A stretch of 57,628 nt of DNA from an uncultured Candidatus Saccharibacteria bacterium (GCA_964554765.1 CAZKPS010000002.1:63808-121435); one strand, 5' to 3'; positions 37,382 to 47,400 are shown, counted from the first letter of the stretch. The notes: a model not told the origin generated them from the letters alone. Made by a program: numbers and translations.

Positions 37382-38002
37382 CTACTTGCGAACGCCCGCA
37401 AACCACCAGCCGTCGCCCCAGCCGTCGTCGCGGCGGCCGACGCACACCCCGCGCTCGCCGAGCCAACGGCGGAACGTGGCGTAGCACCAGTGGCCTTTGG
37501 CGTCTTTCCAATGAGTGCCGTGAGGCTTCTCATCAGCGAAGGCAGGGTCCGCCTCGTTGACGGCTGCGACGGAAATCGGATCAGCGGGCTTGAGACCACG
37601 CAGTTCGTATTCCTTGTCGAGGTCGTCATCGGAGATGAAACCGTTGCGCTCCGAGAGATCGGGTTTGAAGAACACGATCTCGGCTTCGTCGCCCTCGCCT
37701 TTCGGCATCGCATCCACGACCTTACGGTCAGTGTATTGCGCGCGGCCGGTGGCTTCGATCGCCTCTTGCTGAGTGCGACCGCGATTCACCGGGACCTTGC
37801 GGACGATGAGGTTCGAGACCGCTTCAGCGCGTTCGCGGAAGGGAGAGAACATCATCATTCCGAGATTCTCGACTCCGAGAACCTGTTGGGCGACGTCTGA
37901 GGTGATCGAGGAACGATGCTTGCGCATCGCGTCCCGGAGTTTGTTGACGGCGTTTTCGATTTGGCCGTCGGTCATTTCGGCTGCAGTCATGATCTGTGTC
38001 AT
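37382..38002 (-). CDS. DGR target protein, 206 aa, no signal peptide; the VR encodes the last about 34 aa
   Basis: ..HWCYATFRRWLGERGVCVGRRDDGWGDGWWFAGVRK*; SD aaagga 8 nt upstream of the ATG. Confidence 0.85.
   Translation of the reverse strand: MTQIMTAAEMTDGQIENAVNKLRDAMRKHRSSITSDVAQQVLGVENLGMMMFSPFRERAEAVSNLIVRKVPVNRGRTQQEAIEATGRAQYTDRKVVDAMPKGEGDEAEIVFFKPDLSERNGFISDDDLDKEYELRGLKPADPISVAAVNEADPAFADEKPHGTHWKDAKGHWCYATFRRWLGERGVCVGRRDDGWGDGWWFAGVRK
37386..37488 (-). repeat. DGR variable repeat (VR) at the 3' end of the target gene
   Basis: 22 mismatches to the TR, and every one is at a TR adenine on the sense strand. The 3'-most 24 nt (ctggtggtttgcgggcgttcgcaa) are identical to the TR (IMH-like). 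Confidence 0.9.
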
Positions 38003-38266
38003 GGTGTCATCCTTTCATTTTGATTTCCCTCTACGCCGAGGAGGCACTATGGGCCAGTGTGGTCATAGCGAGGAGAGGCCTGAATCTCAAGCCACTTTTC
38101 GCTATGACCAACTCGCAAGTCGTATCAAAGAACTACCCATACAGTATACACCTAAAATACCTATTTGTCAATGTATTTCAGGTTCTGTCAACTTTACCCC
38201 ACGGACCACCTCACCGTATTGGAAAAATGGCTAAAAAAGAGTAGATTTAGGGAAATTACTATTACC

Positions 38267-38908
38267 ATGACCCCAGCTGCAAAGATACGGTTTGTGAAGA
38301 ATCGAATTGAAGACAAAGTTGCTATATCGCCGAAGGGACCGATTGTTTTTGGTATAAGCAATATCTATTCGCAGACTTTTAATATTTTCTCCGATGAGCA
38401 GTATTCGATTCTCCTCAAACTCGAAGAGGAAGGCTATATAAAATCCCTGGTCCCAGTCGCAAAATACAAAGTGAAATTTGAAATGACTGGCAAGCCTCTC
38501 GATCCGTTCGGTATCATCGCCATGAATGCCGCCAAGGGCAAGAAGCCGGCACGAGTAGCTGTAAAAGATACCCTGCTCATGACTAAGAACCTCGAGCCCG
38601 ACTTTGAGGTAAGCGGTCTTGCCTCATATTCTGACGGGACCATTCGATACAAGGACACGATCGTTCCGCTTCGGGGTCAGCTCAAGGATTTGTGCCGCAT
38701 GTTCATGCGCAATCCGAAACGCATCCTTACCCGCGAGGACATCAAAGAGAACATCATCGCTGCGGACAAGCGCAAATCCATTCCGAAAATCACCATTTCA
38801 AAATACGTAAGCGAGCTCCGTAATTCATTGAAAGTTCATTTCAAGAAAGATGTGATCTACAGCCAAAAAGACGAGGGCTGGTACTTCGACCCGAACAAAA
38901 AGAGCTAG
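38267..38908 (+). CDS. Protein with a C-terminal OmpR/PhoB-type winged-helix DNA-binding domain
   Basis: LRGQLKDLCRMFMRNPKRILTREDIKENI..ISKYVSELRNSLK..GWYF. Start set at the internal ATG (MTPAAKIRF). Confidence 0.5.
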   Translation: MTPAAKIRFVKNRIEDKVAISPKGPIVFGISNIYSQTFNIFSDEQYSILLKLEEEGYIKSLVPVAKYKVKFEMTGKPLDPFGIIAMNAAKGKKPARVAVKDTLLMTKNLEPDFEVSGLASYSDGTIRYKDTIVPLRGQLKDLCRMFMRNPKRILTREDIKENIIAADKRKSIPKITISKYVSELRNSLKVHFKKDVIYSQKDEGWYFDPNKKS

Positions 38909-39009
38909 AAATCCAATTCATTTCTGAATATTGAATGAGCGCACTCACCGAAACTGTGGGTGCGTTTTCATATTGAACACGCGCATTACCAATCTAGCGA
39001 AATTACTCT

Positions 39010-39282
39010 ATGAACAGAAAATTAAAGCCTCGGTCCCGAGAGGACGATGAGGCATCAGTGTTTACTACGTACGACCTTGGAGTATCGGCGGCACTCTTGT
39101 GCCTCGGGTACAAGCTCATCCGCTTGGACCGCGATGATCCTCGCAAGGCTCTTTTCGTATTCAGGAAGGATGCGGACATCGACGCATACGCCAATCAGTA
39201 TTTTTCAGATCAGCTCAAAGTCAAAGCCCGGTCGTTCTTTGACAGCATCAAGGCTCTGAAGAATAAGCTGTACTCCGAATAG
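39010..39282 (+). CDS. DUF5659-like small protein
   Basis: VFTTYDLGVSAALLCLGYKLIRLDRDDPRKALFVF.. Confidence 0.45.
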   Translation: MNRKLKPRSREDDEASVFTTYDLGVSAALLCLGYKLIRLDRDDPRKALFVFRKDADIDAYANQYFSDQLKVKARSFFDSIKALKNKLYSE

Positions 39283-39284
39283 CT

Positions 39285-39545
39285 ATGCTCCTGCTGGACG
39301 CAGACATCAGCAAATTCCAGGAGCTTTATAAGGCTCGCTTTGGAGTGGATATAAGCCGGGAGGAAGCATTGGCAAAAGGCACTCAGCTTATTCGCCTGAT
39401 GGAAATCGTCTACAAGCCGATGACTCCAGAAGAGCACGAACAGATCCACAAGCGACGGCTCGAAACGCTTCCCTTACTAGCGCATAAATTACAAAATCAT
39501 GAATCTACAGTCACTTACGATCAAAGAGGAGCTCGACAAAATTAA
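39285..39545 (+). CDS. Small helical protein, paralogous to the N-terminus of ORF 28475..28813
   Basis: ISKFQELYKARFGVDISREEALAKGTQLIRLMEIVYKPMTPEE. Confidence 0.45.
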   Translation: MLLLDADISKFQELYKARFGVDISREEALAKGTQLIRLMEIVYKPMTPEEHEQIHKRRLETLPLLAHKLQNHESTVTYDQRGARQN

Positions 39546-40845
39546 AGAGCGCATTACCCCGCCGGACCCGATCACCCTTGAGCAGGTCCGCGAGGTATTG
39601 GACCTCACCATCAAGAAAGATGACGGCAATAAAATTATTACCTTTCTTGCCATGCTTGCAGCGTACACCGACAACGCGCAATTCAATATCAGTTTTAATG
39701 CTCCATCGTCGTCTGGCAAGAGCTTCATTCCTTTGGAAATTTCTAATCTCTTTCCCCAGGAAGACGTGATGAAACTCGCCGGGGCATCGCCTACTTCTTT
39801 TCTCCATGAGAGCGGTGTGTATAAAAAGGAAACGAATGAGCGCTTTATCGATCTCTCAAGGAAAATCATTATCTTCCTTGATATGCCACACTCTACGCTT
39901 TTAACAAAACTCCGATCACTCCTGTCCCATGACGAAAAAGAAACGAGGCATAAAATCACCGACAAGACCGAGAAAGGCGGTACGCGCACAAAGACCGCCG
40001 TCATCAGAGGCTTCCCGTCAGTCATATTCTGCTCGGCCAATGCCAAAATGGACCAGCAGGAAATGACCCGCTTCCTGCTTCTCAGTCCTGAAATAAATCA
40101 GGAGAAAATACTTGCAGGTATTCATCAGTCATCGCGCAAAGAATCCGACAAAAAGAAATATTACAAAGAGCTCAACGAAAATCCTCTGCGCAAGGCTCTT
40201 ATCGAACGTATCGCTGCAATCAAAGCCGAGGGTGTTGATGAAATCATTATCGAGGACGAGAAGGCCGTCGAGCAGAGGTTTCTTTCTCACATACAAAATC
40301 CGCAACCGAGAAACCAGCGTGATATAAAACGCATCTACTCGATCATCAAGTCGGTCGCCCTTTTGAATGTCTGGCATCGCAAACGCCAAGGCACTACCCT
40401 CTACGCATCCGAATTCGACATCGATACCGGCTTTGAAATTTGGAATAAGATATCCCTCTTTCAGGAGCTTGAAATTTCCCCTTACCTCTACGACTTCTAC
40501 TCGCAAATCATTCTTCCTTTATGGAATCGGGACCAGATCGATGAGTTTGGTGATCCCGTACCCGAAGAAAAGAAAAGGGGTGTTACCCGACAAGACATGC
40601 TCAAGCAATTTGCCCACGTCTATGGTGGCAACCTTGGCATGTTCCGGCTCCGCTATGACTATCTGCCAAACATCGAATCGGCCGGTCTTATTTTCCAGGA
40701 ACCGGACCCGAATGATCGCCGACAACTCCTGACATACCCCACGACGGCAATAAGAAGGCTCGAGAAAGCTGAGGAAATACATAGTGCGTACGAGCCGGGG
40801 GTAAACGTTGAAAACGAGATAAAACCCGAGGATGTTCCGTTCTAA
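39499..40845 (+). CDS. P-loop NTPase, likely replication/primase-helicase-type protein of the mobile element
   Basis: FNAPSSSGKSF (Walker A); IIFLDMP (Walker B-like); 448 aa. Confidence 0.5.
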   Translation: MNLQSLTIKEELDKIKERITPPDPITLEQVREVLDLTIKKDDGNKIITFLAMLAAYTDNAQFNISFNAPSSSGKSFIPLEISNLFPQEDVMKLAGASPTSFLHESGVYKKETNERFIDLSRKIIIFLDMPHSTLLTKLRSLLSHDEKETRHKITDKTEKGGTRTKTAVIRGFPSVIFCSANAKMDQQEMTRFLLLSPEINQEKILAGIHQSSRKESDKKKYYKELNENPLRKALIERIAAIKAEGVDEIIIEDEKAVEQRFLSHIQNPQPRNQRDIKRIYSIIKSVALLNVWHRKRQGTTLYASEFDIDTGFEIWNKISLFQELEISPYLYDFYSQIILPLWNRDQIDEFGDPVPEEKKRGVTRQDMLKQFAHVYGGNLGMFRLRYDYLPNIESAGLIFQEPDPNDRRQLLTYPTTAIRRLEKAEEIHSAYEPGVNVENEIKPEDVPF

Positions 40846-40914
40846 GGGACTTGCAATTACCCCATAAGGAAGCTAAAACAGCAACACCCCTTAGCATTAA
40901 CATTACCCAATTAT

Positions 40915-42501
40915 ATGGCTACAAACGTTGAATATTTCATGTATGCCCGCAAGTCCTCTGAGTCTGAGGATCGGCAGGAGCAATCAATCGAGGATCAAGT
41001 AAACCGTCTCAAAGAGCGGGCTAATCAGCTTGGTATTTCGGTCAAAGAAATTCTGACCGAGGCAAAGTCTGCTAAGCAGCCAGGCCGGCCGGTCTTTAAC
41101 AACATGCTCAGACGAATTGAGAAAGGTGAAGCAAAAGGAATCCTCTGCTGGCAGATTAACCGCTTGGCACGTAATCCAATCGATAGCGGAAAGCTAAGCT
41201 GGATGCTTCAGAAAGGAATCATTGAATCCATCCAGACGATGGAGCGTGAGTATTTGCCTGACGATAACGTTCTCTTGTTCAGCGTTGAGAGCGGTATGGC
41301 AAATCAATTCATCATCGAGCTTCGCAAGAACACCAAGCGCGGCATGCATGGTAAGGCTGATCGTGGCTGGTTCCCCTCAAAAGCTCCAGCTGGCTATATC
41401 AACGAACGGCTTGAACACACTATCCAGCCGGACCCTGAACGTTTCGACCTCATCCGCAAGATGTGGGACCTTATGCTTACCGGAAACTATACGCCAGTGA
41501 TGATCGCTGAAATTGCGAGCAAGGAATGGGGCTATCGATCCCTGAAGAGCAAAAGAAGTGGCGGAGTGGAAATGGCTCCGAGTGTCATCTACAAAATGTT
41601 TAAGAATATTTTCTATACGGGAATGTTTGAATGGGGCAAGAAAATCTACAAAGGAAATCATAAACCAATGATCACCCTTGAGGAGTACGATCGGGTCCAG
41701 GCTATTTTTGGCAGAACCGGAAAACCGAGAGGCCAGACACATGAGTTTGCATTCACTGGACTCATTCGCTGCGGTCTGTGTAAGTCAATGTATACCGGCA
41801 CAGAAAAGACGAAGCTCATAAAGAAAACTGGCGAAATGAAAACCTATTGTTACTACCACTGTGGCGGCAACAAGAAAAACTCAACGTGTAAGGCACGAAA
41901 CCCTATCAATCTTATTGACCTCGAACAGCAGATCGAGCTTCTGCTTGAGGAATACACTATACTCCCCGAGTTTCAGACCTGGGCCATCGAGGCTCTAAAT
42001 CGCAATAACGATAAAGAGATCGAGGAGCGTACCAAGATTTATGAAATGCAGCACAAGACGGTAGTCGAGTCCCAGACCGAGCTCGATAACCTGACTAAAA
42101 TGCGCTACCGTGATCTTATCGACGATGACACATTCGTCAAAGAACGCGACGCTCTCAAGGAAAAGATTGCCCGCTTACAAGCGAAACTTCGGGAAACCGA
42201 GGGACGTGCCTCAAAGTGGCTCGACCTCACTGAGCAGGTATTCAGCTTCGCTTGTTTCGCTCGAAAGGAGTTTGTTATGGGAAATCTCCAGCGAAAGCGT
42301 GAGATATTCTCGGCGCTCGGCCAAAACTTCTATATCAAAAACGGCAAAGTCTTCATTACAGCTAACGAATGGTTCCAGCCAATCAAAGAAGCATACCCTG
42401 AATTTAGGGCTGAATTTGAGAGGTTAGGACTGAGAGAATACAGTTCTGTTGAGGCGCGAAATGTCGCTTTTCAACAACTGATTCTCGAATGGGGCGGCTA
42501 G
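40915..42501 (+). CDS. Large serine recombinase (integrase); its stop codon lies inside tRNA-His
   Basis: YARKSSESEDRQEQSIEDQ (catalytic Ser region)..ILCWQINRLARN; recombinase and Cys zinc-ribbon region (CGLCKS..CYYHC); coiled-coil C-terminus. Confidence 0.9.
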   Translation: MATNVEYFMYARKSSESEDRQEQSIEDQVNRLKERANQLGISVKEILTEAKSAKQPGRPVFNNMLRRIEKGEAKGILCWQINRLARNPIDSGKLSWMLQKGIIESIQTMEREYLPDDNVLLFSVESGMANQFIIELRKNTKRGMHGKADRGWFPSKAPAGYINERLEHTIQPDPERFDLIRKMWDLMLTGNYTPVMIAEIASKEWGYRSLKSKRSGGVEMAPSVIYKMFKNIFYTGMFEWGKKIYKGNHKPMITLEEYDRVQAIFGRTGKPRGQTHEFAFTGLIRCGLCKSMYTGTEKTKLIKKTGEMKTYCYYHCGGNKKNSTCKARNPINLIDLEQQIELLLEEYTILPEFQTWAIEALNRNNDKEIEERTKIYEMQHKTVVESQTELDNLTKMRYRDLIDDDTFVKERDALKEKIARLQAKLRETEGRASKWLDLTEQVFSFACFARKEFVMGNLQRKREIFSALGQNFYIKNGKVFITANEWFQPIKEAYPEFRAEFERLGLREYSSVEARNVAFQQLILEWGG

Positions 42502-42564
42502 AGAGAATCGAACTCTCGATACCGGTTCCACAAACCGGAGTTTTACCACTAAACTATAGTCGCC
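42490..42564 (-). tRNA. tRNA-His (GUG) with G-1 and an encoded CCA; A4:C69 acceptor mismatch
   Basis: Manual cloverleaf: G-1 GCGACUA / D GUUU-AAAC / anticodon stem CCGGU, loop UUGUGGA / T GAGAG-UUCGAUU-CUCUC / UAGCCGC-C-CCA. Confidence 0.85.
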
Positions 42565-42619
42565 ATACATTCATCGAATAATGAAGTAATCAATTTATAC
42601 CAGAAAAACCTCGATAAAT

Positions 42620-43375
42620 CTAGTCCAAATAAAGAAGAGTTTTAAGATTGGGATTTAAAACATTTTTTAGTGATGTGTATGGAATTATAACCTCTGGTCT
42701 CCCTACTACATAAGGTCCCACCTGATAATCACTAAATACAATATGAAATCCATCAGGTTCAAGAGTCCAGATGCTAAAATTATCCGCTGTAGGTTTTGTG
42801 CCATCCAGAGCAAAACTATATGTCTCTAGATTTGGGTCTACTTTTTTAAGTTCATCAAGAGATAGAATCGAGAGCCAACTTAGATAATCACCGACAAAAA
42901 CTTTATCGAGGTTTATTCTTTCTCCAGTATTAGCATTATAAATAAAAGTATTTATCGCTGTGATACCATGTGCCCCACCAGAATAGGTGTAAGTTTCAAA
43001 AGATATATTTATAAATGGAAGTAGTTTAAAGTCATTCTTGACTGCCACCTTACTAACATAGGTAAGTGCTAGATCTGATCGTGTAAGTCCTGGATCACTG
43101 AGCATGCCTTCAAAATCTGACTTTGCCTTCTCTACCCCATCCGTAGCCCATCGCTTGAGTTCACTATTTATTCTTGCTTTTGCAATATCTGAAATACCTG
43201 ATGTAATCTGTGGGTACTCAGCATCTATTTGATATTTATCCTTTTCTCCACCGAATGAAATTTTTTCGATAGAGTATATAAGCACCCCTAGTTTATGAGT
43301 TATCTGCCAGACATATCCCCCAACAAAAGCTATGACAATACATAAGATTAAAACCCCAAGGTGTCTTTTTTTCAT
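42620..43375 (-). CDS. DUF3298/DUF4163 (RsiV/PdaC-like) domain protein, membrane anchored
   Basis: N-terminal TM; ..TYTYSGGAHG.. Confidence 0.6.
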   Translation of the reverse strand: MKKRHLGVLILCIVIAFVGGYVWQITHKLGVLIYSIEKISFGGEKDKYQIDAEYPQITSGISDIAKARINSELKRWATDGVEKAKSDFEGMLSDPGLTRSDLALTYVSKVAVKNDFKLLPFINISFETYTYSGGAHGITAINTFIYNANTGERINLDKVFVGDYLSWLSILSLDELKKVDPNLETYSFALDGTKPTADNFSIWTLEPDGFHIVFSDYQVGPYVVGRPEVIIPYTSLKNVLNPNLKTLLYLD

Positions 43376-43627
43376 ACACTAAGTGTAACATAAATAAATC
43401 AGAGAGGAGGCGCGGTAACAAGTCTTTAGAGTCAGGCGCGAGAGAAGAACTCTCGGCTTATGGCTTTTTTGTATTTGTGGTCACGAATCACTAAGTCTGC
43501 TCACCCGCTTTGCAGGTTGCGCGGACTAAGTGTTCGCGACTCCACCTCGCCCGTTACAAAGCAACATGGCTGCGGCTCGCACATAAATACAAAAGAACTG
43601 GAGCAGTCCAGTTCTTTTGTATTTATG

Positions 43628-43711
43628 TGCGCGAGAGAAGACTCGAACTTCCATGCCCTTGCGGGCGCTACCACCTCAAGGTAGTGCGTCTACCAATTTC
43701 GCCACCCGCGC
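43628..43711 (-). tRNA. tRNA-Leu (GAG), long variable arm
   Basis: GCGCGGG..GGCGAAAUUGGUAGACGC..CUACC-UUGAGGU-GGUAG..variable arm..GGAAG-UUCGAGU-CUUCU-CUCGCGC-A. Confidence 0.85.
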
Positions 43712-43791
43712 ATTAGGCCCTATACTACTAAAATTTAGGATAATTTCAACTTTTTCATTTTCTGATACAATATTAGAAACATTTTTTATAT

Positions 43792-44727
43792 ATGGACACA
43801 TCAACAATCCTTACAACCGTTCTTTCACTTGTCGTTGTATTTCTATTTGCTATTCAAAAATTTAGTCATCAAATACAACGTGTTGCAGGAGATAAACTCA
43901 AAACAATTTTAAATAATTGGACCAATACCCCAATTAAAGGTGTTGTAAGTGGTGCATTTATTACTAGCATCATGCAGTCTTCTACCGCAACCTCTGTGAT
44001 TCTTGTTGGACTTGTTAATGCAGGAGTTATTGCTTCATATAATGCAATAGGTGTTGTTATTGGTGCCAATATCGGTACCACAATTACCGCTCAACTCATT
44101 GCGCTCAATATGACCTATATAGCACCTATCATTGTCATCGCCGGCTTTATTATTTCTCATACTCGCACACGTCTCAAAAAATACGGTAAATCAATTTTTT
44201 ATTTTGGAATTATTTTTCTTTCCCTTTTTATCATTTCAAACATTGTCTCCCCTCTCAAAGATAATTTAGAACTACAAAAACTACTTGTTCTTATGTCGAG
44301 TCCGTACACTGCAATACTTGCAGGGGCGATTATCACTGCAATACTCCAGTCGAGCTCCGTATTCACAGGACTTGTCATCATTCTTGGAGCACAAGGACTT
44401 ATAGGACTCCCTGCTGCGATCGGATTCATGTTGGGTTCAAACATTGGATCTCCACTCACCGCAATTATTGCAAGTACCAGTGCAAGTTTTGAAGCAAAAA
44501 AAGTCGCAGTTGCTCACATACTATTTAATATTGTCGGAGTTATAATATTAATTCCTCTTATATACCCATTCATGTCACTCCTTCAACTTATAAGCAATGA
44601 TACAACTCAACAGATAGTAAACGCTCATTTCTTGTTTAATATAATATGTGCGATTATTTGTCTCATCTCTTTCAATTATTTTGAGAAGCTTGTTCGCAAT
44701 ACAACAAAGATGATGTATAAAAACTAG
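43792..44727 (+). CDS. Na/Pi cotransporter family membrane protein
   Basis: Duplicated motif: SIMQSSTATSVILVGL and AILQSSSVFTGLVIILG. Confidence 0.75.
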   Translation: MDTSTILTTVLSLVVVFLFAIQKFSHQIQRVAGDKLKTILNNWTNTPIKGVVSGAFITSIMQSSTATSVILVGLVNAGVIASYNAIGVVIGANIGTTITAQLIALNMTYIAPIIVIAGFIISHTRTRLKKYGKSIFYFGIIFLSLFIISNIVSPLKDNLELQKLLVLMSSPYTAILAGAIITAILQSSSVFTGLVIILGAQGLIGLPAAIGFMLGSNIGSPLTAIIASTSASFEAKKVAVAHILFNIVGVIILIPLIYPFMSLLQLISNDTTQQIVNAHFLFNIICAIICLISFNYFEKLVRNTTKMMYKN

Positions 44728-44753
44728 CAGCGTTTGCTTCGCAAACGCTGCTA
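44725..44753. terminator. Bidirectional hairpin terminator
   Basis: tagcagcgtttgcttcgcaaacgctgcta. Confidence 0.6.
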
Positions 44754-44770
44754 CAAATGGAGGGGTTTAC

Positions 44771-45007
44771 TCACTTTTTGGCTTTTTGTTTCTTAGCATC
44801 TTTAGTCCTTTTCTCGGCCTCAGTGAGCCAGCCGTAGCCTTTGAAATATTTCACCACCTCATTAACACTCTCTCCAAACCTCGTCACACGACGGCGTCCA
44901 ATCTGACCCGGACAACCACCATAGTAGCGATATTTTTCGTAATCTGTCATAACAACCACCTCTTTACGTCGAGGTGACCAACGCCATTCTTTCAGATAGT
45001 CAGCCAT
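44771..45007 (-). CDS. Small basic hypothetical protein
   Basis: 78 aa ORF. Confidence 0.35.
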   Translation of the reverse strand: MADYLKEWRWSPRRKEVVVMTDYEKYRYYGGCPGQIGRRRVTRFGESVNEVVKYFKGYGWLTEAEKRTKDAKKQKAKK

Positions 45008-45120
45008 ATAATTTGAGTTGAGTTGAAGAACATTTTCTGTCTAGGCACACACCCAAACAAAAACGAGCCCAATTAAGGACTCGTTTATTTTTTCAACCAA
45101 TTGAAAAGACTGACGAATCC

Positions 45121-45528
45121 TTAATTAGACTCGCTGACCACTTCTGAAGAAGCAGATGTTTCTTCATCTTTTCGCATCATCTCTGCTCGCATTCGCTTTG
45201 AGAGTTCCTTCTGAGCTTTTTCTCGAACATAGTAGAGCTTTGCCTTTCGTACCTTTGCTCGTCTTACTACCTCGATCTTCTCTATGAGCGGAGAATAGAG
45301 TGGATAGATCTTCTCTACCCCATATCCATTAGCAACACGTCGAACAGTGAGAGTTGCTCCCGCTTCTGTACCATGCTTTCGTGCGAGAACCATACCTTCG
45401 AAAATCTGAATTCGAGTCTTACCCTTTTCTTGAATCTTCTGATGTACCTTAACAACATCTCCAGGCCGAATATCCTGAGCTCGTCGCTCTTCTATATTTA
45501 CATTTGCTGTTTTCGCAGTCGCTTTCAT
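45121..45528 (-). CDS. rplS: Ribosomal protein L19
   Basis: [36 protein letters not shown]...[11 protein letters not shown]. Confidence 0.9.
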   Translation of the reverse strand: MKATAKTANVNIEERRAQDIRPGDVVKVHQKIQEKGKTRIQIFEGMVLARKHGTEAGATLTVRRVANGYGVEKIYPLYSPLIEKIEVVRRAKVRKAKLYYVREKAQKELSKRMRAEMMRKDEETSASSEVVSESN

Positions 45529-45711
45529 AGGGTAGTAAAATTAAACTTTATTATTATACCTTGCTAAATTCTGTGTAATATCTATATTTATAAGCTTTTA
45601 TATATAAATGGGGACGATTTACTAACATCACCTTATACACATTTGACTTAAATTATTGTAAGACTTTAGCACATATTTCTTTTTAAGGCAACTTCATTTA
45701 TAATCTTTAGA

Positions 45712-46680
45712 TTGATGTCAAACATATCGAAATTCTCTAAAAATAAAAGCGGTTTCACCCTGATTGAGCTATTGGTAACTATAGCCATCATAGGAATACT
45801 CAGTAGTGTAATACTCACATCTCTTAGAAATGCTAAGGAAAAAGCTATAAATTCTAATATCAGGTCAGCGCTTGCCCAACTAGTACCACTCGCCTCCGAT
45901 ATCGATAATCTCCAAGGAGAAGACGAGGGCGTGGCTGAGGATTTGAGTGCATGTCTAAGTTTATTCGAAAATGAAGATATACGTAAACTTATCAATTTTG
46001 CAGCCAGCCAAGCAGCAAAGCCAGGCATATATACAAACTGTTCTAAGAGCTCAAGAAATTATAATTTTACTTTTATGGCACCGAAGTTTGGTGATGATAC
46101 AAACAGTTTTTGTGTTGATACCGATTCTGGAGTGAAAGAAGTTTCCAACGACAATAGACAAGCGATATTAGATAATTACTCTTGTAATGCAGTGACAGAA
46201 TCGAGTGAGGCGGTCCCAGACAATACTGAGGAACAAAATAATACAAACCCTACTGAAGAACAAAATGATTCTGGCTCCGCAGATGATTCTCTTTCTATGA
46301 CCGTATATATGGATTATTCTAGCAGTGAATTAATCATTGGATTTAATCAGCCTATCGATGCAATTTCTGATCTCGGCTCAATACAAATATTAGATGCTAG
46401 TGGTGCAGATAAGACAATTTGGCAAAGTGGATTAATCGGATCCCCAGATGGTATTGAACAAACGTTTAGATATAGTATGGGTAGTCCCTTTTCAAACATA
46501 TATGAAAACCCCTGCTTTATAGGTGATACAGACCATCCATATGACCCAGAAATTGGAGAAAGAAATGGTCCATACCAAGCAGTGTTTGGAAATATAACAG
46601 GAGTACGTTCAGGATTTACAAATAGCATCAGCGCCACAATAGACTTTAATTGCGGACAATACTATTCGTTATATCCCTAA
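45712..46680 (+). CDS. Type IV pilin-like protein (prepilin N-terminal cleavage/methylation domain)
   Basis: KSGFTLIELLVTIAIIGILSSVIL. Confidence 0.8.
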   Translation: MMSNISKFSKNKSGFTLIELLVTIAIIGILSSVILTSLRNAKEKAINSNIRSALAQLVPLASDIDNLQGEDEGVAEDLSACLSLFENEDIRKLINFAASQAAKPGIYTNCSKSSRNYNFTFMAPKFGDDTNSFCVDTDSGVKEVSNDNRQAILDNYSCNAVTESSEAVPDNTEEQNNTNPTEEQNDSGSADDSLSMTVYMDYSSSELIIGFNQPIDAISDLGSIQILDASGADKTIWQSGLIGSPDGIEQTFRYSMGSPFSNIYENPCFIGDTDHPYDPEIGERNGPYQAVFGNITGVRSGFTNSISATIDFNCGQYYSLYP

Positions 46681-46683
46681 TAT

Positions 46684-47400
46684 TTAGCCAAGACTCTCTA
46701 TTGCAGAGACAAAATCATCTGGAAAGGGAGATTCCACCTCAATGAGTCCACCCTTAAGATCATTAAATATGAGTCTTTTTGCATGAAGAGCAAGTCGTCT
46801 AAATCCATACACACTTTCTCTACCTGGAGCATAGAGCGAATCCGCAACCACAGGGTGGCCCAGTGCTTGCATATGTACACGGATTTGATGTGTTCTGCCC
46901 GTCTGTGGCCACAGTTCAAGAAGTGATGCCGGCATAGTATTTTTCACTACCTTGAATTTTGTTACTGCCTCACGAAGTTCTCCACGGGTTTTGTTACCTG
47001 TCGCCCACTTACGAACACTCCCTATTGCTCGACCAATAGGTCTCGCAATAATTCCCCTTTCGTCTTTCATTCTTCCGTATATAAATGCACTGTAAGTCTT
47101 TTTTATTTTTCTTTCTTTGAATTGCTCTTTCAAATGTTCATACCCCCTTTGGGTTTTTGCAATAAGAAGCACCCCTGAAGTCTCCTTGTCTAGGCGATGT
47201 ACAATACCGTGTCTCTCTATTTTTTCTCCGTCTTCAAGCTCAATTGATTCCCCCACATCTTTTGCTTCAGGAAATTTTTTAACAACCCAATCAGAAATTG
47301 TTTTTTCCTTTGTTTTACCATCGCCGTGCACAGCAATACCTGAAGGTTTATCTATGGCGACAATGTCATTATCTTCAAAAAGAATTTTTATGTCTTTCAC
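46684..47400 (-). CDS. RluA-family pseudouridine synthase
   Basis: HRLDKETSGVLLIAKT; ..RTHQIRVHM.. Confidence 0.85.
   Translation of the reverse strand: MKDIKILFEDNDIVAIDKPSGIAVHGDGKTKEKTISDWVVKKFPEAKDVGESIELEDGEKIERHGIVHRLDKETSGVLLIAKTQRGYEHLKEQFKERKIKKTYSAFIYGRMKDERGIIARPIGRAIGSVRKWATGNKTRGELREAVTKFKVVKNTMPASLLELWPQTGRTHQIRVHMQALGHPVVADSLYAPGRESVYGFRRLALHAKRLIFNDLKGGLIEVESPFPDDFVSAIESLG

Noticed and set aside
37260-38244. Many overlapping ORFs on both strands (37260..37511, 37369..37713, 37372..37560, 37490..37900, 37557..37772, 37773..38234, 37996..38244).
   Set aside because: These are shadow frames typical of a GC-rich segment. Only 37382..38002 has an SD, a terminator and the VR in frame with TR-encoded AAC codons.
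39489-40046. A 185-aa minus-strand ORF, plus other antisense ORFs inside the P-loop and recombinase genes (for example 40129..40506 and 41377..41742).
   Set aside because: They are antisense shadows of well-supported plus-strand genes and have no motifs.
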